From the NCBI GenBank assembly GCA_030390025.1, contig JASTWF010000180.1, forward strand, positions 248,001 to 312,000: a DNA stretch of 64,000 bases, written 5' to 3'. This DNA is from Squalus acanthias. Taxonomy: Eukaryota. A program made the translations under genes and the position numbers. Under the pieces are notes generated by a model. The model made no database searches and was not told the origin of the DNA. It saw only the letters and a program-made list of their open reading frames with translations. This document shows positions 48,151 to 62,000 of this stretch, piece by piece (position 1 is the stretch's first letter; every line of letters begins with the position of its first letter).

Positions 48151-49978
48151 CTGTGCCGATGTGTCTGTGCCGCTCTTTGTTGATGGAAGCCAACGCAGCG
48201 CTCTTTCCCCGCAGCCCTGTACCTACCTCTGCATGAAAGATTGATGCACTTATCTCTTCAACATGCGATGATGTTGCAATCTCTCTCTGTAGCACAGAAT
48301 TCCATGCTCTAATAATGATCTGCCGCCAAGACATTTCCCCAGAGCAATCGTGCACTATGCAACAGGCAAGATAAATATATATATATGCATATTAATATTT
48401 GTTGTGTCGTACTCTACATGCAACACACAGCCCTGCCGTCACACATGCCGTTCCTCGCTTGCTTCCCTCGGTTCGTTTACTTAAGCACGGACTGCAAATA
48501 TCTGAGACTTAAATTGAAACGCAGCTCGCTACGCACGGGGGTAACGAGATATTTATCCTCACGTATGATCAATAAACAAGTGATAATTCTAGCGCAGCGA
48601 GCCAAGAGAGCACTAAATAGGTTTACCTCTACGCCAGTCCGGGAACCACTTTGAAGCGGGGTTAGTGTTGGATTACTGTAGCAAAAAGAGTCGGCACGGA
48701 TACAATGGGCTGCACGGCCGACTCCCGCTCCTATGTTCCTCGATACATTGGCCGAATGGCCGCCGGCTTTGTTTAAAACCGTTACGGATCTCTGGTAATC
48801 CTGCGGAAGGGGTACTGCTGGTCCTTGATCAGGTGAAACCGCACAATCAAAGCGGCACGCCGCAAGGATAACCTTCCTGCTACTTGTCCAGCTAGGACCC
48901 CCGTAGACCTGTCGTCCGTTGGCATGTGGAGTAAGATGGGACAAATGCTGGTCTGGCCCCGAGAGGAAAACCTCTCCACACGCATTAGAACGCTGTACTT
49001 CAGATGCGGGCCTTACCAAAGCTCTATACACCTTTCATTCCACCCCTTCTTATTCCAGTCCGCGTCAGAGAGAGGCATACGGTGCATTAGCCTTAAAATT
49101 GCTTGTTTGTAAATGCTCACTGGCTTTTAGTGATTTGTCTACTTGGACTACTCTTTGCTCCTGCATAGTTTCCTGGTTTCTCGTCCATTAGAAACTATTT
49201 CCTTATGTCTTTCTTGGATCCAAAACGGATGGCCTCAGACTCCCCCGCATGGAACTCCATTTGCCACACTGTCTTGCCCACTCACTGAATCTGTCTATGT
49301 CCCTTTGTCACTTCCTGCTCGAATCTGCGCTACTTACTGTGCCTCCCTGATCCCCGTAGACTCGCAAGCCAACCCACGAAGGAGTTCAGCGGTCCTGTGC
49401 CGGTCAATCAGCAGGACTGCTACCCTTGCTGCCCGCAGGTATTCTGTACGATTTTGCCTGCAGCCGGAGCCTAAAACCAGTTGGCCCAATTCCAGCCCTG
49501 CCGATTCTTACCTAGAGTAATCCCAAATCTAATCCCAAGGGCCCTGCTCCTTCCCCATCAATCGTAATCTTCCTCTGCTTCAAATCGTTAACCACTTTAG
49601 TTTAAGAGATGAAATGACCTCAGCCTCAATAATTCCCGTGGCAAAGCATTGCATTTAAAAAAAAACTTCATAAACTTGAAAAAATCACGCATTTCGGAGC
49701 AATCCTAATGTTTCCCAACGTCACACCAGTGACTACACGTCAAAAGTACTTCATTGGCTGTAAAGCGCTTTGGGACGTCCTGAGGTCGTCAAAGACGCTG
49801 CAGTAAAAAACCCGACGTCCTTCCTTTGAATCCAACAGCAACGTACTCACGTGACCGAGAATTAGTTTTTAGCTTTAGTTCTAGGTTTGGTGCATTCAAT
49901 TCGTGTTCGGCTGGTGTTGGTCTGCGCACCTTGGCCTCGTGAATAACTTGATCTATCAGGACCTACCGCGCCCTGCAG

Positions 49979-50395
49979 ATGAACGTGTTACCCGTCATTG
50001 TGCTTCTGCTAGCATGTAGGTCCAGGAACGGTGGCAAAATAACCTGGCGGCTTTTCCAATTCGCGTTGCTCCCGGAGTTTTAAACAGCTGGATTTTTTTT
50101 CCCCGGTCGATGTCTCTCCGATCAGGTCCGCCAGTCCCCCGATTGGAAAACCGTTTAGGCTGGAGATTCGGTGCCGGTGGACTGCAGCTATGACACCTCC
50201 AACTTCAATACCATCCTGTGGTACAGGCAGAAAAACAGCCAGGGACCGGAGAGGATAATAAGAAAAAGGTCTGATGGCAAAGAGAGCCGAGGCCGCTTTG
50301 AATCGGATCTTTCCACGGCGGACAAACGCGGACAATTTACCGTTACCAGCACAGACATTTCGGATACCGCAGTGTATTACTGTGCGATGGAGCCG
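49979..50395 (+). pseudogene. TRAV/DV: TCR V segment V8, pseudogene, same family as V7
   Basis: Leader 49979-50015 MNVLPVIVLLLA + GTAGGT; acceptor reads CG at 50104-50105; in-frame TAG at 50156-50158; ..DCSYDTSNFNTILWYRQ..GRFESDL..DTAVYYCAMEP. Confidence 0.9.
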
Positions 50396-50434
50396 CACCC
50401 TGACAGGAAACGCGGCAGTCACTGTTCAAAAACC
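50396..50434 (+). other. Degenerate 23-RSS of V8
   Basis: CACCCTG + 23 bp + TCAAAAACC. Confidence 0.85.
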
Positions 50435-50519
50435 TCGCTCCACTTTAAAATCCTGTAAAGTGTGGTGCTGACATCCGCATTTCTTTCAACTGCAGAAAAA
50501 ATGCCGGTTCATGTTCCTA

Positions 50520-51885
50520 TGCCCCTAGATAAAATAGGCTGAATGGCCGACTCCTGTTCCTAGATACAATGGGCTGACTCGCCGACTCCTGTTCCTCGAT
50601 ACAATGGGCTGACTGGCCGAATCATGTTCCTAGATACAATGGCCTGAATGGCCTGTTCCTGTTCCTAGATACAAAAGGTTGACTGGCCGAATCCTGTTCC
50701 TACATACAATGGCCTGAATGGCCTGTTCCTGTTACTAGATACAATAGGCTGACTGGCCGACTCCTGTTCCTAGATACAATGGGCTGACTGGCCGACTCCT
50801 GTTCCTAGATACAATGGGCTGACTAGCCGACTCCTGTTCCTCGATACAATGGGCTGACTGGCCGAATCTTGTTGCCAGATACAATGGGCTGAATGGCCGA
50901 CTCCTGTTCCAAGATACAATGGGCTGACTGGCCGACTCCTGTTCCTTGATACAATGGGCTGACTGGCCGACTCCTGTTCCTAGATACAATGAGCTGACTG
51001 GCCGACTCCTGTTCCCACATACAATGGCCTGAATGGCCTGTTCCTGTTCCTAGATACAATGGGCTGACTGGCCGATTCCTGTTCCTACATACAATGGCCT
51101 GAATGGCCTGTTCCTGTTCCTAGATACAATGGGCTGACTGGCCGACTCCTGTTCCTAGATACAATGGCCTGAATGCCTGTTATTGTTCCTAGATACAATA
51201 GGTTGACTGGCCGACTCATGTTCCTAGATACAATGGGCTGACTGGCCGATTCCTGTTCCTAGATACAATGGGCTGACAGGCCGATTCCTGTTCCTAGATA
51301 CAATGGGCTGACTGGCCCATTCCTGTTCCTAGATACAATGGGCTGACTGGCCGACTCCTGTTCCTAGATACAATGGGCTGACTGGCCGATTCCTGTTCCT
51401 AGATACAATGGGCTGACTGGCCGACTCCTGTTCCTACATACAATGGCCTGAATGGCCTGTTCCTGTTCCTAGATACAATGGGCTGACTCGCCGATTCCTG
51501 TTCCTACATACAATGGCCTGAATGACCTGTTCCAGTTCCTAGATACAATAGGCTGACTGGCCGACTGCTGTTCCTAGATACAATGGCCTGAATGGCCTGT
51601 TCCTGTTCCTAGATACAATAGGTTGACTGGCCGACTCCTGTTCATAGATACAATGGGCTGAATGGCCGATTCCTGTTCCTCGATACAATGGACTGACTGG
51701 CCGACTGCTGTTCCCAGATACAATGGCCTGAATGGCCTGTTCATGTTCCTAGATACAATGAGCAGAAGCGCCGACTCCTGTGCCTATGTTCCTAGATACA
51801 ATGGGGTGAATAGCCGAATGCAATTCTTATGCTCCTAGATACAGTGGGCTGAATGGCCGAGTCCTGTTCCCATGTTCCTAGAAAC
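50520..51885. repeat. 35-bp minisatellite (CCTAGATACAATGGGCTGACTGGCCGACTCCTGTT), about 38 copies
   Basis: Direct tandem reading. Confidence 0.95.
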
Positions 51886-53690
51886 AATGAGGGAAAAATG
51901 TACTTGACCTCGTCCTCACCAATCTGCCTGTCGCAGATGCATCTGTCCATGACAGTATTGGTTGTAGTGACCACCGCACAGTCATCGTGGAGTCGAAGTC
52001 ACGCCTTCACACTGAGGACACCCTCCATCGTTTTGTGTGGCACTACCACTGTGCTAAATGGGTTGGATTCAGAACAGATCTAGCAGATCAAAACTGGTCA
52101 TCCATGAGGCGCCGTGGGCCATCAGCAGCAGCAGAATTATATTCCATCACAATCTGTAACCTCATGGCCCGGCATATCCCTCACTCTAGCATTACCATCA
52201 AGCCAGGAGACCAACCCTGGTTCAAGAAGGAGTGTAGAAGAGCATGCCAGGAGCAGCACCAGGCGTACCTAAAAATAAATGAGGTGTAAATCTGGGGAAG
52301 TTGCAACACAGGACACATGCATGCTAACAGCGGAAGCAGCTTGGTATAGACAGGGCTAAGCGATCCACAATCAACGGATCAGATCAAAGCTCTGCAGTCC
52401 TGCAACATCCAGTCGTGAATAGTGGTGGACAATTGAACAACTAACGGGAGGAGGAGGTTCCATTAATATCCTCAGCCTCAATGATGGTGGAGCCCAGCAT
52501 GCGAGTGCAAAACATAAGACTTAAGCGTTTGCAACAGTCATCAGCCAGAAGTGCCGAGTGGATGATCCATATCAACCTAGTCCCGAGGTCCCCACCATCA
52601 CAGAAGCCAGTCTTCAGCCAATTCGATTCACTCCACGTGATATCAAGAACCGGCTGTGCGCACTGGATACAGCAAAAGCTATTGGCCCCGACAACATCCG
52701 GGCTGTCGAGCTGAAGACTTCTGCTCCAGAACTAGCCGCACCTCGAGCCAAGCTGCTCCATTGCAGCTACCACACTGGCATCTACCGAAAAGTGAAAAAT
52801 TGCTCAGGTATGTCCTATCCACAAAAAGCAGGACAAATCCAATCCAGCCAATTGCCGCCCCATCAGCCTACTCTCAATCATCAGCAAAGTGATGGAAGGT
52901 GTCACCGACTTTGCTATCAAGTGGCACGTACTCACAAATAACCTGTTCATCGGTGCTCAGTTTGGGTTCCGCCAGGACCACTCGGCTCCATACCTCATTA
53001 CAGCCTTGGTATAAAAATGAACAAAAGAGTTGAATTCTAGAGGTGAGGTGAGAGCGACTGTCCTTGATATCAAGGTAGCATTTGACCGAGGGTGGCATCA
53101 AGGAGCCCTCGTAAAATTGAAGTAAATGCGAATCAGGGGGAAAATTCTGCACTGGCTGTATTCATATCTAGCACAATGAAAGATGGTTGTGGTTGTCAGA
53201 GGCCAATCATCGCAACCCCAAGACATCGATGTAAGAGACCCTCAAGGCAGTGTCCGAGGCCCAATCATCTTCAGCTGCTTCATCAATGATCTTCCCGCCA
53301 ACATAAGGTCAGAAGTGGGGATGTTCGCTGATGACTGTACAGTGTTCAGTTCCATTCTCAACTCCTCCGATAATGAAGCAGTCCGTGCCCACATGCAGCA
53401 AGACTTGGAAAGCATTCAAGCTTGGGCTGATAAATGGCAAGTAACATTCGCGACACACAAGTGTCAGGTAATGACTATCTCCAACAGGACAAAGTCTAGC
53501 CACCTCCCCATGACATTCAACGCCATTATCATCGTCGTATCCCCACCATCAACATACTGGGAGTCACCATTGAACAGAAACTTAAAAGAACAAAGCAGTC
53601 CGATTGGCACTCCATCCAACACCTTAAACATTCACTCCCTTCACTACCGGTGCACCGTGCCTGCAGTGTGTACCATCTACAAGATGCACT
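51885..53690 (+). mobile_element. Second LINE family, long degenerate ORF2 fragment
   Basis: KPGDQPWF, AKAIGPDNI, PQGSVRGPIIFSCFINDLP, MFADDCT. Confidence 0.88.
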
Positions 53691-56600
53691 AAGAACATAA
53701 GAACATAAGGAATAGGAGCAGGAGTAGGCCATTCGGCTGATCTTCTGCCTCAACTCCATTCACCGGCACTATCGCCATATCATTGATGCCCTTACTAGTC
53801 AGAAATCTATCGACTTCTGTTTTGAATATATCCAATGACTGAGCCTCCACTGCCCTCTCGGGTGGAGAATTCCATAGATTCACCACCATCTGTGTGAAGA
53901 AATTTCTTCTCATCTCAGTCCTGAATGGCCTACCCTTTATCTTGAGGCTATGGCCCCTGGTTCTAGACTCCCCAGCCAAGGGAAACATTCTCCCAGCATC
54001 CACCCTATCAAGCCCTGTAATAATTTTGCATGCTTCAATGAGATAGCCTCTCACTCTTCTGAATTCAAGAGAATACAGGCCTAGTTTACTCAATCTCTTC
54101 TCATACGACAGTCCCGCCATCCCAGGAATCAATCTCGTGAATCTTCGTTGCACTCCCTCTATGGCAAGTATATCCATCCTTAGGTAAGGAGACCAAAATT
54201 GTACACAGTACCCCAGGTGTGGTCTCACCAAGGCCCTATATAATTGGAGTAAGACTTCTTTACTCCTGTATTCAGATCCTCTTGTAATGAAGGCCAGCAT
54301 ACCATTTGCCTTCCTAATGGCTTGCTGCACCTGCACATTCACTTTTAGTTACTCATGTACAAGGACACCCAGGACCCTTTGAGGATCTGCATTCCCCAAT
54401 CTTTCACCATTTAGGAAATACTCTGCCTTTCTGTTTTTTCTACCAAAGTGGATAGCTTCACATTTATCCACATTATATTCCATCTGCCATGTTCTCGCCC
54501 ACTCACTGAGCCTGTCGCGATCCCCTTGAAGCCCCTTCTCATCCTCTTCACAACTGGGGACACTGCCACCTAGTTTTGTATCATCAGCAAATTTGGAAAT
54601 GTTACAATTAGTCCCCTCATCCAAATCATTCATATAGATTGTGAATAGCTGGGGCCCAAGCACCGATCCTTCCGGTACCCCATTAGTCACAGCCTGCCAT
54701 CCTGTGTATGTCCTCTTGAAGTCTATCACTATCCTCCTCACTTTTCAGTATACTTCCAAGTTTTGTGTCATGTGCAAATTTTAAAATTATGCCCTGTACA
54801 CCCAAGTCTAAGTCATTACTATATATCAAGAAAAACAGTGGTCCGTGTACCGACCCCTGGGGAACACCACAGTGTAGCTTCCTCCAGTCCGATAAATACC
54901 CGTTCACCACTTCTATGTTTTCTGTCACTTAGCCAATTTCGTATCCATGCTGCCATTGTCCCTTTTATTTTATGTGGCACTTTATCAAACTCCTTTTGGA
55001 AGTCCATGTACACCACATCAACCGTATTGCCCTCATCAACACTCTCTGTTAGCTCATCAAAAAACTCAATCCAGTTGATCATCATCCTACTTTCATTCCC
55101 ATCATCTTTTATATATTCCAATATATATAATTTCTTAATTATCACATCTTTGCTCTCTCAAATCGTGCACTCAAATGATTCCCTGTGTCAGGCTTATAAG
55201 TATGTAATCGACAAAACCGTCATTTGACACACGATCCAGGATTTCTGCCTGTGATATGACCAATCACAATTAAAAACAGAGATCGTGGTTGCATACAGGA
55301 ACCGGAATGGATTCGCCCGCTGAGTGATCAAACCAATCAGAATTCAGAAAAAGAAAGGTGGGCCACCGGCTCATTTGCAGGAACAAGTGAGGCCAATGTT
55401 ACAATGAAAGTTTAATTGAGAAAGTTGAGTGTTGATGAAAAAAACATTGGTTGCTTCTCATAGTCATTCAGTCTCCAAGTCCAATGTGCGTGTAATTATT
55501 CAATATGGATTCAGTCACGTAACGGATACCATTTGCAGCATTTAATGCATTGATCAATAGTGGATTTAAAAGGGGTTCAGTTCGCTCTTACATCAGCACT
55601 TTTCACTGTTTATCGAACCGTTGCCCTAAAGCAAAGAAAGACTCACATTTATATAGCGCCGTTACCTCGGTATATTCTAAAGCGCTTTTCAGCCAATGAA
55701 GTACTTTTTTGAAGAGTACTCACTCCTGTAATGTGAGAAATGCGGCAGCCAATTGCCGCACAGCAGGATCCACAAACAGCAATGTCATCAATTGTTTTCA
55801 GGTGTTGGTTAAGGGATAAATATTGCCCAGGATCCTAGAGAACACCCTTGCTCTTCTTCCAATAGCGCCATGATATAATTACGCCAAAACGAGAGGACAG
55901 ACGGGGCCTCGGTTAAAGAACATCAGAACATAAGAAATGGGAGCAAGAGTAGGCCATTCGGCCCTTCGATCCCGCTCCGCCATTCAATGAGATCATGGCT
56001 GATCTTCTGCCTCAACTCCATTTCCGGCCCTATCGCCATATCCCTTGATGCCCTTACTAGTCAGAAATCTATCGACTTCTGTTTTGAATAGACCCAATGA
56101 CTGAGCCTCCACAGCCCTCTGGTAGAGAATTCCAAAGATTCACCATCCTCTGTGTGAAGAAATTTCTTCTCAGCTCAGTCCTGAATGACCTACCCTTCAT
56201 CGTGAGGCAGTGGCCCCTGGTTCTAGACTGCCCAGATAAGGGAAACATTCTCCCAGCATCCACCCTATCAAGCCCTGTAATAATTTTGTATGCTTCAATG
56301 AGATCCCCTCTCATTCTTCTGAATTCAAGAGAATACAGGCCTAGTTTACTCAATCTCTTTTCATACGACAGTCCTGCCATCCCAGGAATCAATCTCGTGA
56401 ACCTTCGCTGCACTCCCTCTATGGCAAGTATATCCTTCCTTAGGTAAGGAGACCAAAATTGTACACAGTACTCTAGGTGTGGTCTCACCAAGGCCCTATA
56501 TAATTGGAGTAAGATTTCTTTACTCCTGTACTCAAATCCTCTTGTAATGAAGGCCAGCATACCATTTACCTTCCTAATGGCTTGCTGCACCAGCACATTC

Positions 56601-58380
56601 ACTTTTAGTTACTCATGTACAAGGACACCCAGGACCCTTTGAGCATCTGCATTCCCCAATCTTTCACCATTTAGGAAACACTCTGCCTTTCTGTTTTTTT
56701 GTCCAAAGTGGATAACTTCACATTTAACCACATTATATTCCATCTGCCATGGTCTCGCCCACTCACTGAGCCTGTCAAGATCCCCTTGAAGCCTTTTCAC
56801 ATGCTCTTCGCAACTGACACTGCCACTTAGCTTTGTGTCATCAGCAAATTTGGAAAGGTTACTTTTAGTCCCCTCATCCAAATCATTGAGATAGATTGTG
56901 AATAGCTGGGGCCCAAGCATCGATCCTTGCGGTACCCCACTAGTCACAACCTGCCATCCTGAAAAAGACCCGTTTATTCCTACTCGTTGTTTTCTGTCTG
57001 TTAACCAATTCTCAATCCATGCTAATATATTACCCCCAGTTCCATGTGCCCTAATTTTGTTCACCAACCTCTTGTGTGGGACCTCATCGAAGGCCTTCTG
57101 AAAATCCAAATACACCACATCTACCGGTTCCCCTTTGTCTACTCCAATAGTTACATCCTCAAAGAACTCCAATAGGTTTGCCAAACAGGATTTCCCTTTC
57201 ATAAATTCATGTTGACTCTGCCCAATCTTACTATTAGTTTCTAAGTGCCCAGTTATTGCATCCTTTGTATTAGATTCCAGAATTTTCCCAACTACTGATG
57301 TGAGGCTAACAGGTCTGTAGTTTACCGTTTTCTGTCTCCCTCCTTTCTTAAATAGCGGGGTTACATTTGCTATCCTCCAATCTGCAGGAACCGTTCCAGA
57401 ATCTATAGAATTTTGGAAGATGACAACCAATGCGTCCACTATTCCAATGGCCACCTCTTTCAAAACACTGCGGCAACTCGCCAAGGCTTCTTCGGCAGCA
57501 CCTCCCAAACCCGCGACCTCTATCACCTAGAAGGAAAAGTGCAGCAGGTGCATGGGAACACCACCACCTCCAATTTCCCTTGCTAGTCACACTCCGTCCT
57601 GACTTGGAAATATATCGCCGGTCCTTCATCATCGCTGGGTCAAAATCCTGGAACTCCCTCTGTAAGAGCGCTAAGGGGCTGCCTTCACCACACGGACTAG
57701 AGTTGTTCAAATAAGGTGGCTCACCACCACCTTCTCAAGGGCATTTAAGTGTGGGAATAAATGCTGGCATTGCTAGCGACGCCAACATCCCAGGAATGAA
57801 TAACAAACAAATACAATATCTACAACACAGAAGGATGTCATTTGGCCCTTCGTGCCTGGGCTCTTACAAAGAGATTTCCAATTTCGTCCGGCACCCCAGC
57901 CTTTTCCCCATAACCCTGCAAATTAGTCCTCTTCAAGTACATGTCCAGTTGCCTTTTGAAATTTCCCATAGAATCTGAAACTACTAGCCTTTCAGGTAGT
58001 GCGTTCCAGATCTTAACAATCTTCTGATTGAAACCATTTTACCACATTTCCCCTCCAGTTATTTGCAAATTATTTTAAATCGATGATATTTGAACCAACT
58101 TGCCAAGAGGAAACACTTTGTCCCTACTTGCTCTATCAAAACCCCTCATAATTTTGAAAACCACTGTTTGGTCTCCCTTCTCTGCTCTAAGAAGAACAAT
58201 CGCAGCTTCTACAATCTCTCCACATAACTGAAATCCCTCATCCATTGTATCATCCTGCTAAACGTTCGCTGTACCGTCTCCAAGGCCTTGACATCCTTCG
58301 TAAAGTGTGATGCCCAGAATTGTACACAAATCTCCAATTGAGGCATAACCAGTGATATATAAAGGTTACGCGTGACTTCA
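53690..58380 (-). mobile_element. Cluster of minus-strand CR1 fragments (53690-55080, 55917-57465, 57820-58380) with a SINE and a plus-strand LINE tail between them
   Basis: RT ORFs 53689-54741 and 56069-57526 are closely related copies. Confidence 0.88.
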
Positions 58381-58777
58381 TTGATCGGCAGAGAGATAGA
58401 ATCAAACGCAGATAGATGGATTCAATAAAAGTTTGACAATTCGAGAAAACAGTAGTCAGTGGGGAAACTATACCTGGAGAAAGTATTATGTAGTTTATGC
58501 TTTCTGATTTTAAAAGTGTATAATCTGTTTTGTTGCGCTAGTTGGTTTTTAAAATCCTTTACACAGTGTCAATGAAACACTGCAACGTATATTCGACATA
58601 CACGTGCATGATTCCGATAATGTATGTCCGCTTCTCGTTATTTGATAACAGGTTATCACAAACAAGCGATGGGTGGTCAGAGAATCCATTATGTGGCGCT
58701 ATCACCATATAAATGCGTGTGCAAAAATAAACACCAGCCAAAATGGAATCACCATATGACCATTTCAATGGGAAAGG

Positions 58778-59040
58778 TTGGTGTCTCTCTTTATTGCTGT
58801 AATCAGTTTCACCTTTATCTCTCTCCCTCTTTTGGAGTCTCTCAGTATCACTCACTGTGCTCAGTCAAACCTTTATCTCTCTCCCTCTGTTGGTGTCTCT
58901 CTGTATCACTGTGCTCAGTCACACCCTTATCTCTCTCCCTCTGTTGGTGTCTCTCTGTATCACTGTGCTCAGTCACACCCTTATCTCTCTCCCTCTGTTG
59001 GTGTCTCTCTGTATCACTGTACTCAGTCACACCTTTATCG
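58778..59040. repeat. Short array (~5 units) of the 54-bp minisatellite
   Basis: Same unit as 21749-29640; abuts the duplication breakpoint. Confidence 0.95.
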
Positions 59041-62000
59041 ACAAAGAATAGATAACATCGTGCAGACTCACTAAAGAGAATTGTGACATTTACAAGGTGA
59101 CCTCATGCGTTAACGTGTTACATATTAATCAAAAATAACCAGAACGTGTTGACACGTTATCATCACGTTAGCAACACGTTATTAAAACTATCGAAGGTTC
59201 GACACACAAAAGCTAAGGGGAATTTCAACTTCTAGCATTGACCACTCTAGTAATATTAAAACTAAAATCTTCGAACTTTTCCTGGTGAGCCCTCCCTTCA
59301 CCATCTGTCTGTACCAGTAATCGCATGGTCACTGTAGGTAGTGACACGTGCAATATGAATGAAAACCTTAATTCAGACGTTTCAGAGTTTCCTAGTTTAT
59401 GAGCTTGTTCAACGGGTTCTGGATACGAACTATACTGTAAAAACCCAAATGCATATTTGGCCTATTATGGGGCAAAAACCTCATATTTTCCACTTACCGA
59501 ATGGATGCAGCTGCAGCAACACTCAAGAAGTCAGGTGCCCAGAATTGGACGTAATACTTTGGCTGGGGTCTAACAAATGCTTTACTGAAGTTTAACTTAA
59601 CTTCCTTCCTTTTGTACTCTATGCCTCGATTTATAAAGCAAAGGAATTTGTTTGCCTTTTTAAGAGCCATCTCAGCTTGTCCTGCCACTCTCAAAATGTT
59701 GTGCACGTGCATCCCCAGGACACTCTGTTCCTGCACCCGCTTTAAAATTGTACCAATTAGTTTAATTTGCTTCTCCTCGTGCTTCCTTCCAAAATGCATC
59801 ACTTCACCCCACTTCACTGCTGTTAAATTGCAACATGTGACACCTGACACCGAATGGCCTACTCCTGCTCCTATATTCTATGTTCCCTAACTTCTATGTT
59901 TATGCCTGCATTTGTGATCGTGGGGATCAGCAAAAATTCCCCCTCCCTCTTTTTCCGGCAGCTATGCATCGTCACAATCTCTCCCCACCACGCGCTATGA
60001 ACCATTCCCTTATACTGTTAATCTTAAAGCAACTGCGACTGAAGTTTTTGGTCGTTTTGTAATGTTACCGTTTGAAAAAAAATATCTTATATATTGAATT
60101 CTGGAATGAAGGACATACTCATGGAGACAGGACTGAAACCCGGATGAGGTGGTTCCCCCGTGGCACTAACTACCCTACCCATGTGATTAATTTCAGCATA
60201 GTGGAATGGCGCCTCCTGTTAGTTTCAGTCTGCTGGTAATCTAACGGGTTCAGCAGATATTTGGTGAAGGAGCTCATATTTCCCTCCGAGAAATTGCCAA
60301 CATAGTAGTCTGATGACGGTAAGATAATTATCTTGAAGTGACAATATATCGGTTTGAATATAGAGGAAGATGTTCAGTATAATTCACTCACTCTCACTGA
60401 GACTGAGGTGGTTGACGAGGGGTCGGGTTTGATTGACCATCTGCTGGGGACACACAAGTGAAAGTCTTCCTCTAGTCTCTCTGTGGAAATATCGTCTGAA
60501 AACCGTTATAACGAAATCGTAAGCTTATTCTTTTGGAATGCCTTCACCGGTTGGTTAGAAATAGCAACCAGAGGAAATCTATCGCACACAGCGGAAAGTT
60601 CAGTGTAACCACGAAACGTACATGACAATGAAGTTCATGCTCTCGCTGAGCCGTCACACACCGGCAGAGAAACAACAATCACTCAGTGTGACAGAGTCGG
60701 TTCCATTAAATAAAGCCCCAAACCTCAGCAAAGCTGAAGCTTTCCTCACATCAGAGGCTCCCACTGAGTGACTGATTCCACCTTCAGATACTTCAAGCTC
60801 CCTTCAATATATGGCGGGTGAATTGAAGAATGCGTCACAGTTCCAGGCTCTGACACACAATCAGTGGGTCCCGCGAAAGCTCAATAGAAAATATCGGAGG
60901 AAAAACAATCCTTAACATTAAAAACTGTTAGCAATTGTCACAGTACAACACCAGTGTGAATTAGTAAACTTTAGCACAACAGAGTTTGCCACTAAGTAGT
61001 GCAAAGTGCAGTGCACTATTGCTCACCTTTAGTCCTGTCCCTCAATCCCAGTTCATCTCTGGGTGATTGTTCCAAGATTCTCCCCATCCTTTCAACACAT
61101 ATTTTACCGACATAATACCAGATCAATTTGAAATTGCACGCAGCTCCTGATAGCTGTTAAAAGACTAAACACATGCTTCCAAACAAACATTATTGCATCC
61201 CCCACCCACGCTAATATACATCCTTGTGTATGTTACTATCTATCTTTCTACCTACCAACTGCCTATGTATCTATATAACAGAGAAATGTTATAGTACAGT
61301 AAGAACAGAGCAGGGCCTAGTTTGATATTGACAGAATCAGGGTCTAATGCAGTAATCGAAGAAACGGGGTCTAGTGTAATATAAAAACAGACATGGTCCA
61401 GTGCATTTTTAAATGGATACTATCCTGGTGTAAAATAAACAGAGACAAGGCCTAGTGTCCTATAAACTGTGTAATATAAAGAGAAACAGGTATCAGTGCA
61501 ATATATACAGAGACATGGTCAAGTGCACTAATAACTGAAACAGGGTCTATTGTAATATAAAGAGAGACAAGATCTAGTGCAGTAATAACTGAGATAGGTC
61601 CGATTGTAATATAAACAGAAACATGGTCTAGTGTAATATAAACAGAAATATGGTCTAGTGCAGTAATGGGTTGAGACGGGGCCAACTGTAATACAATCAG
61701 AAACAGGTTCTAGTTTTTTTTTCATTCGTTCATGGGATGTGGGCGTCGCTGGCAAAGCCGGAATTTATTGCCAATCACTAATTGCCCTTCAGAAGATGGT
61801 GGTGAGCCACCTTCTTCAACCGCAGAGGGCAGTTAAGAGTCAACCACGTTGCTGTGAGTCTGGAGTCACAGATAGGCCAAACCAGGTAAGGACGACACAT
61901 TTCCTCCCTAAAGGATATTAGTGAACCAGATGTGTTCTGGATTAGCTAGTCAAGTAGCATAAACACAATGCTACCGTACCCGCTGAAGTCTAGTACAGTA

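Noticed and set aside
50520-51885. CRISPR-like periodic repeat
   Set aside because: No unique spacers, eukaryotic context, no cas genes
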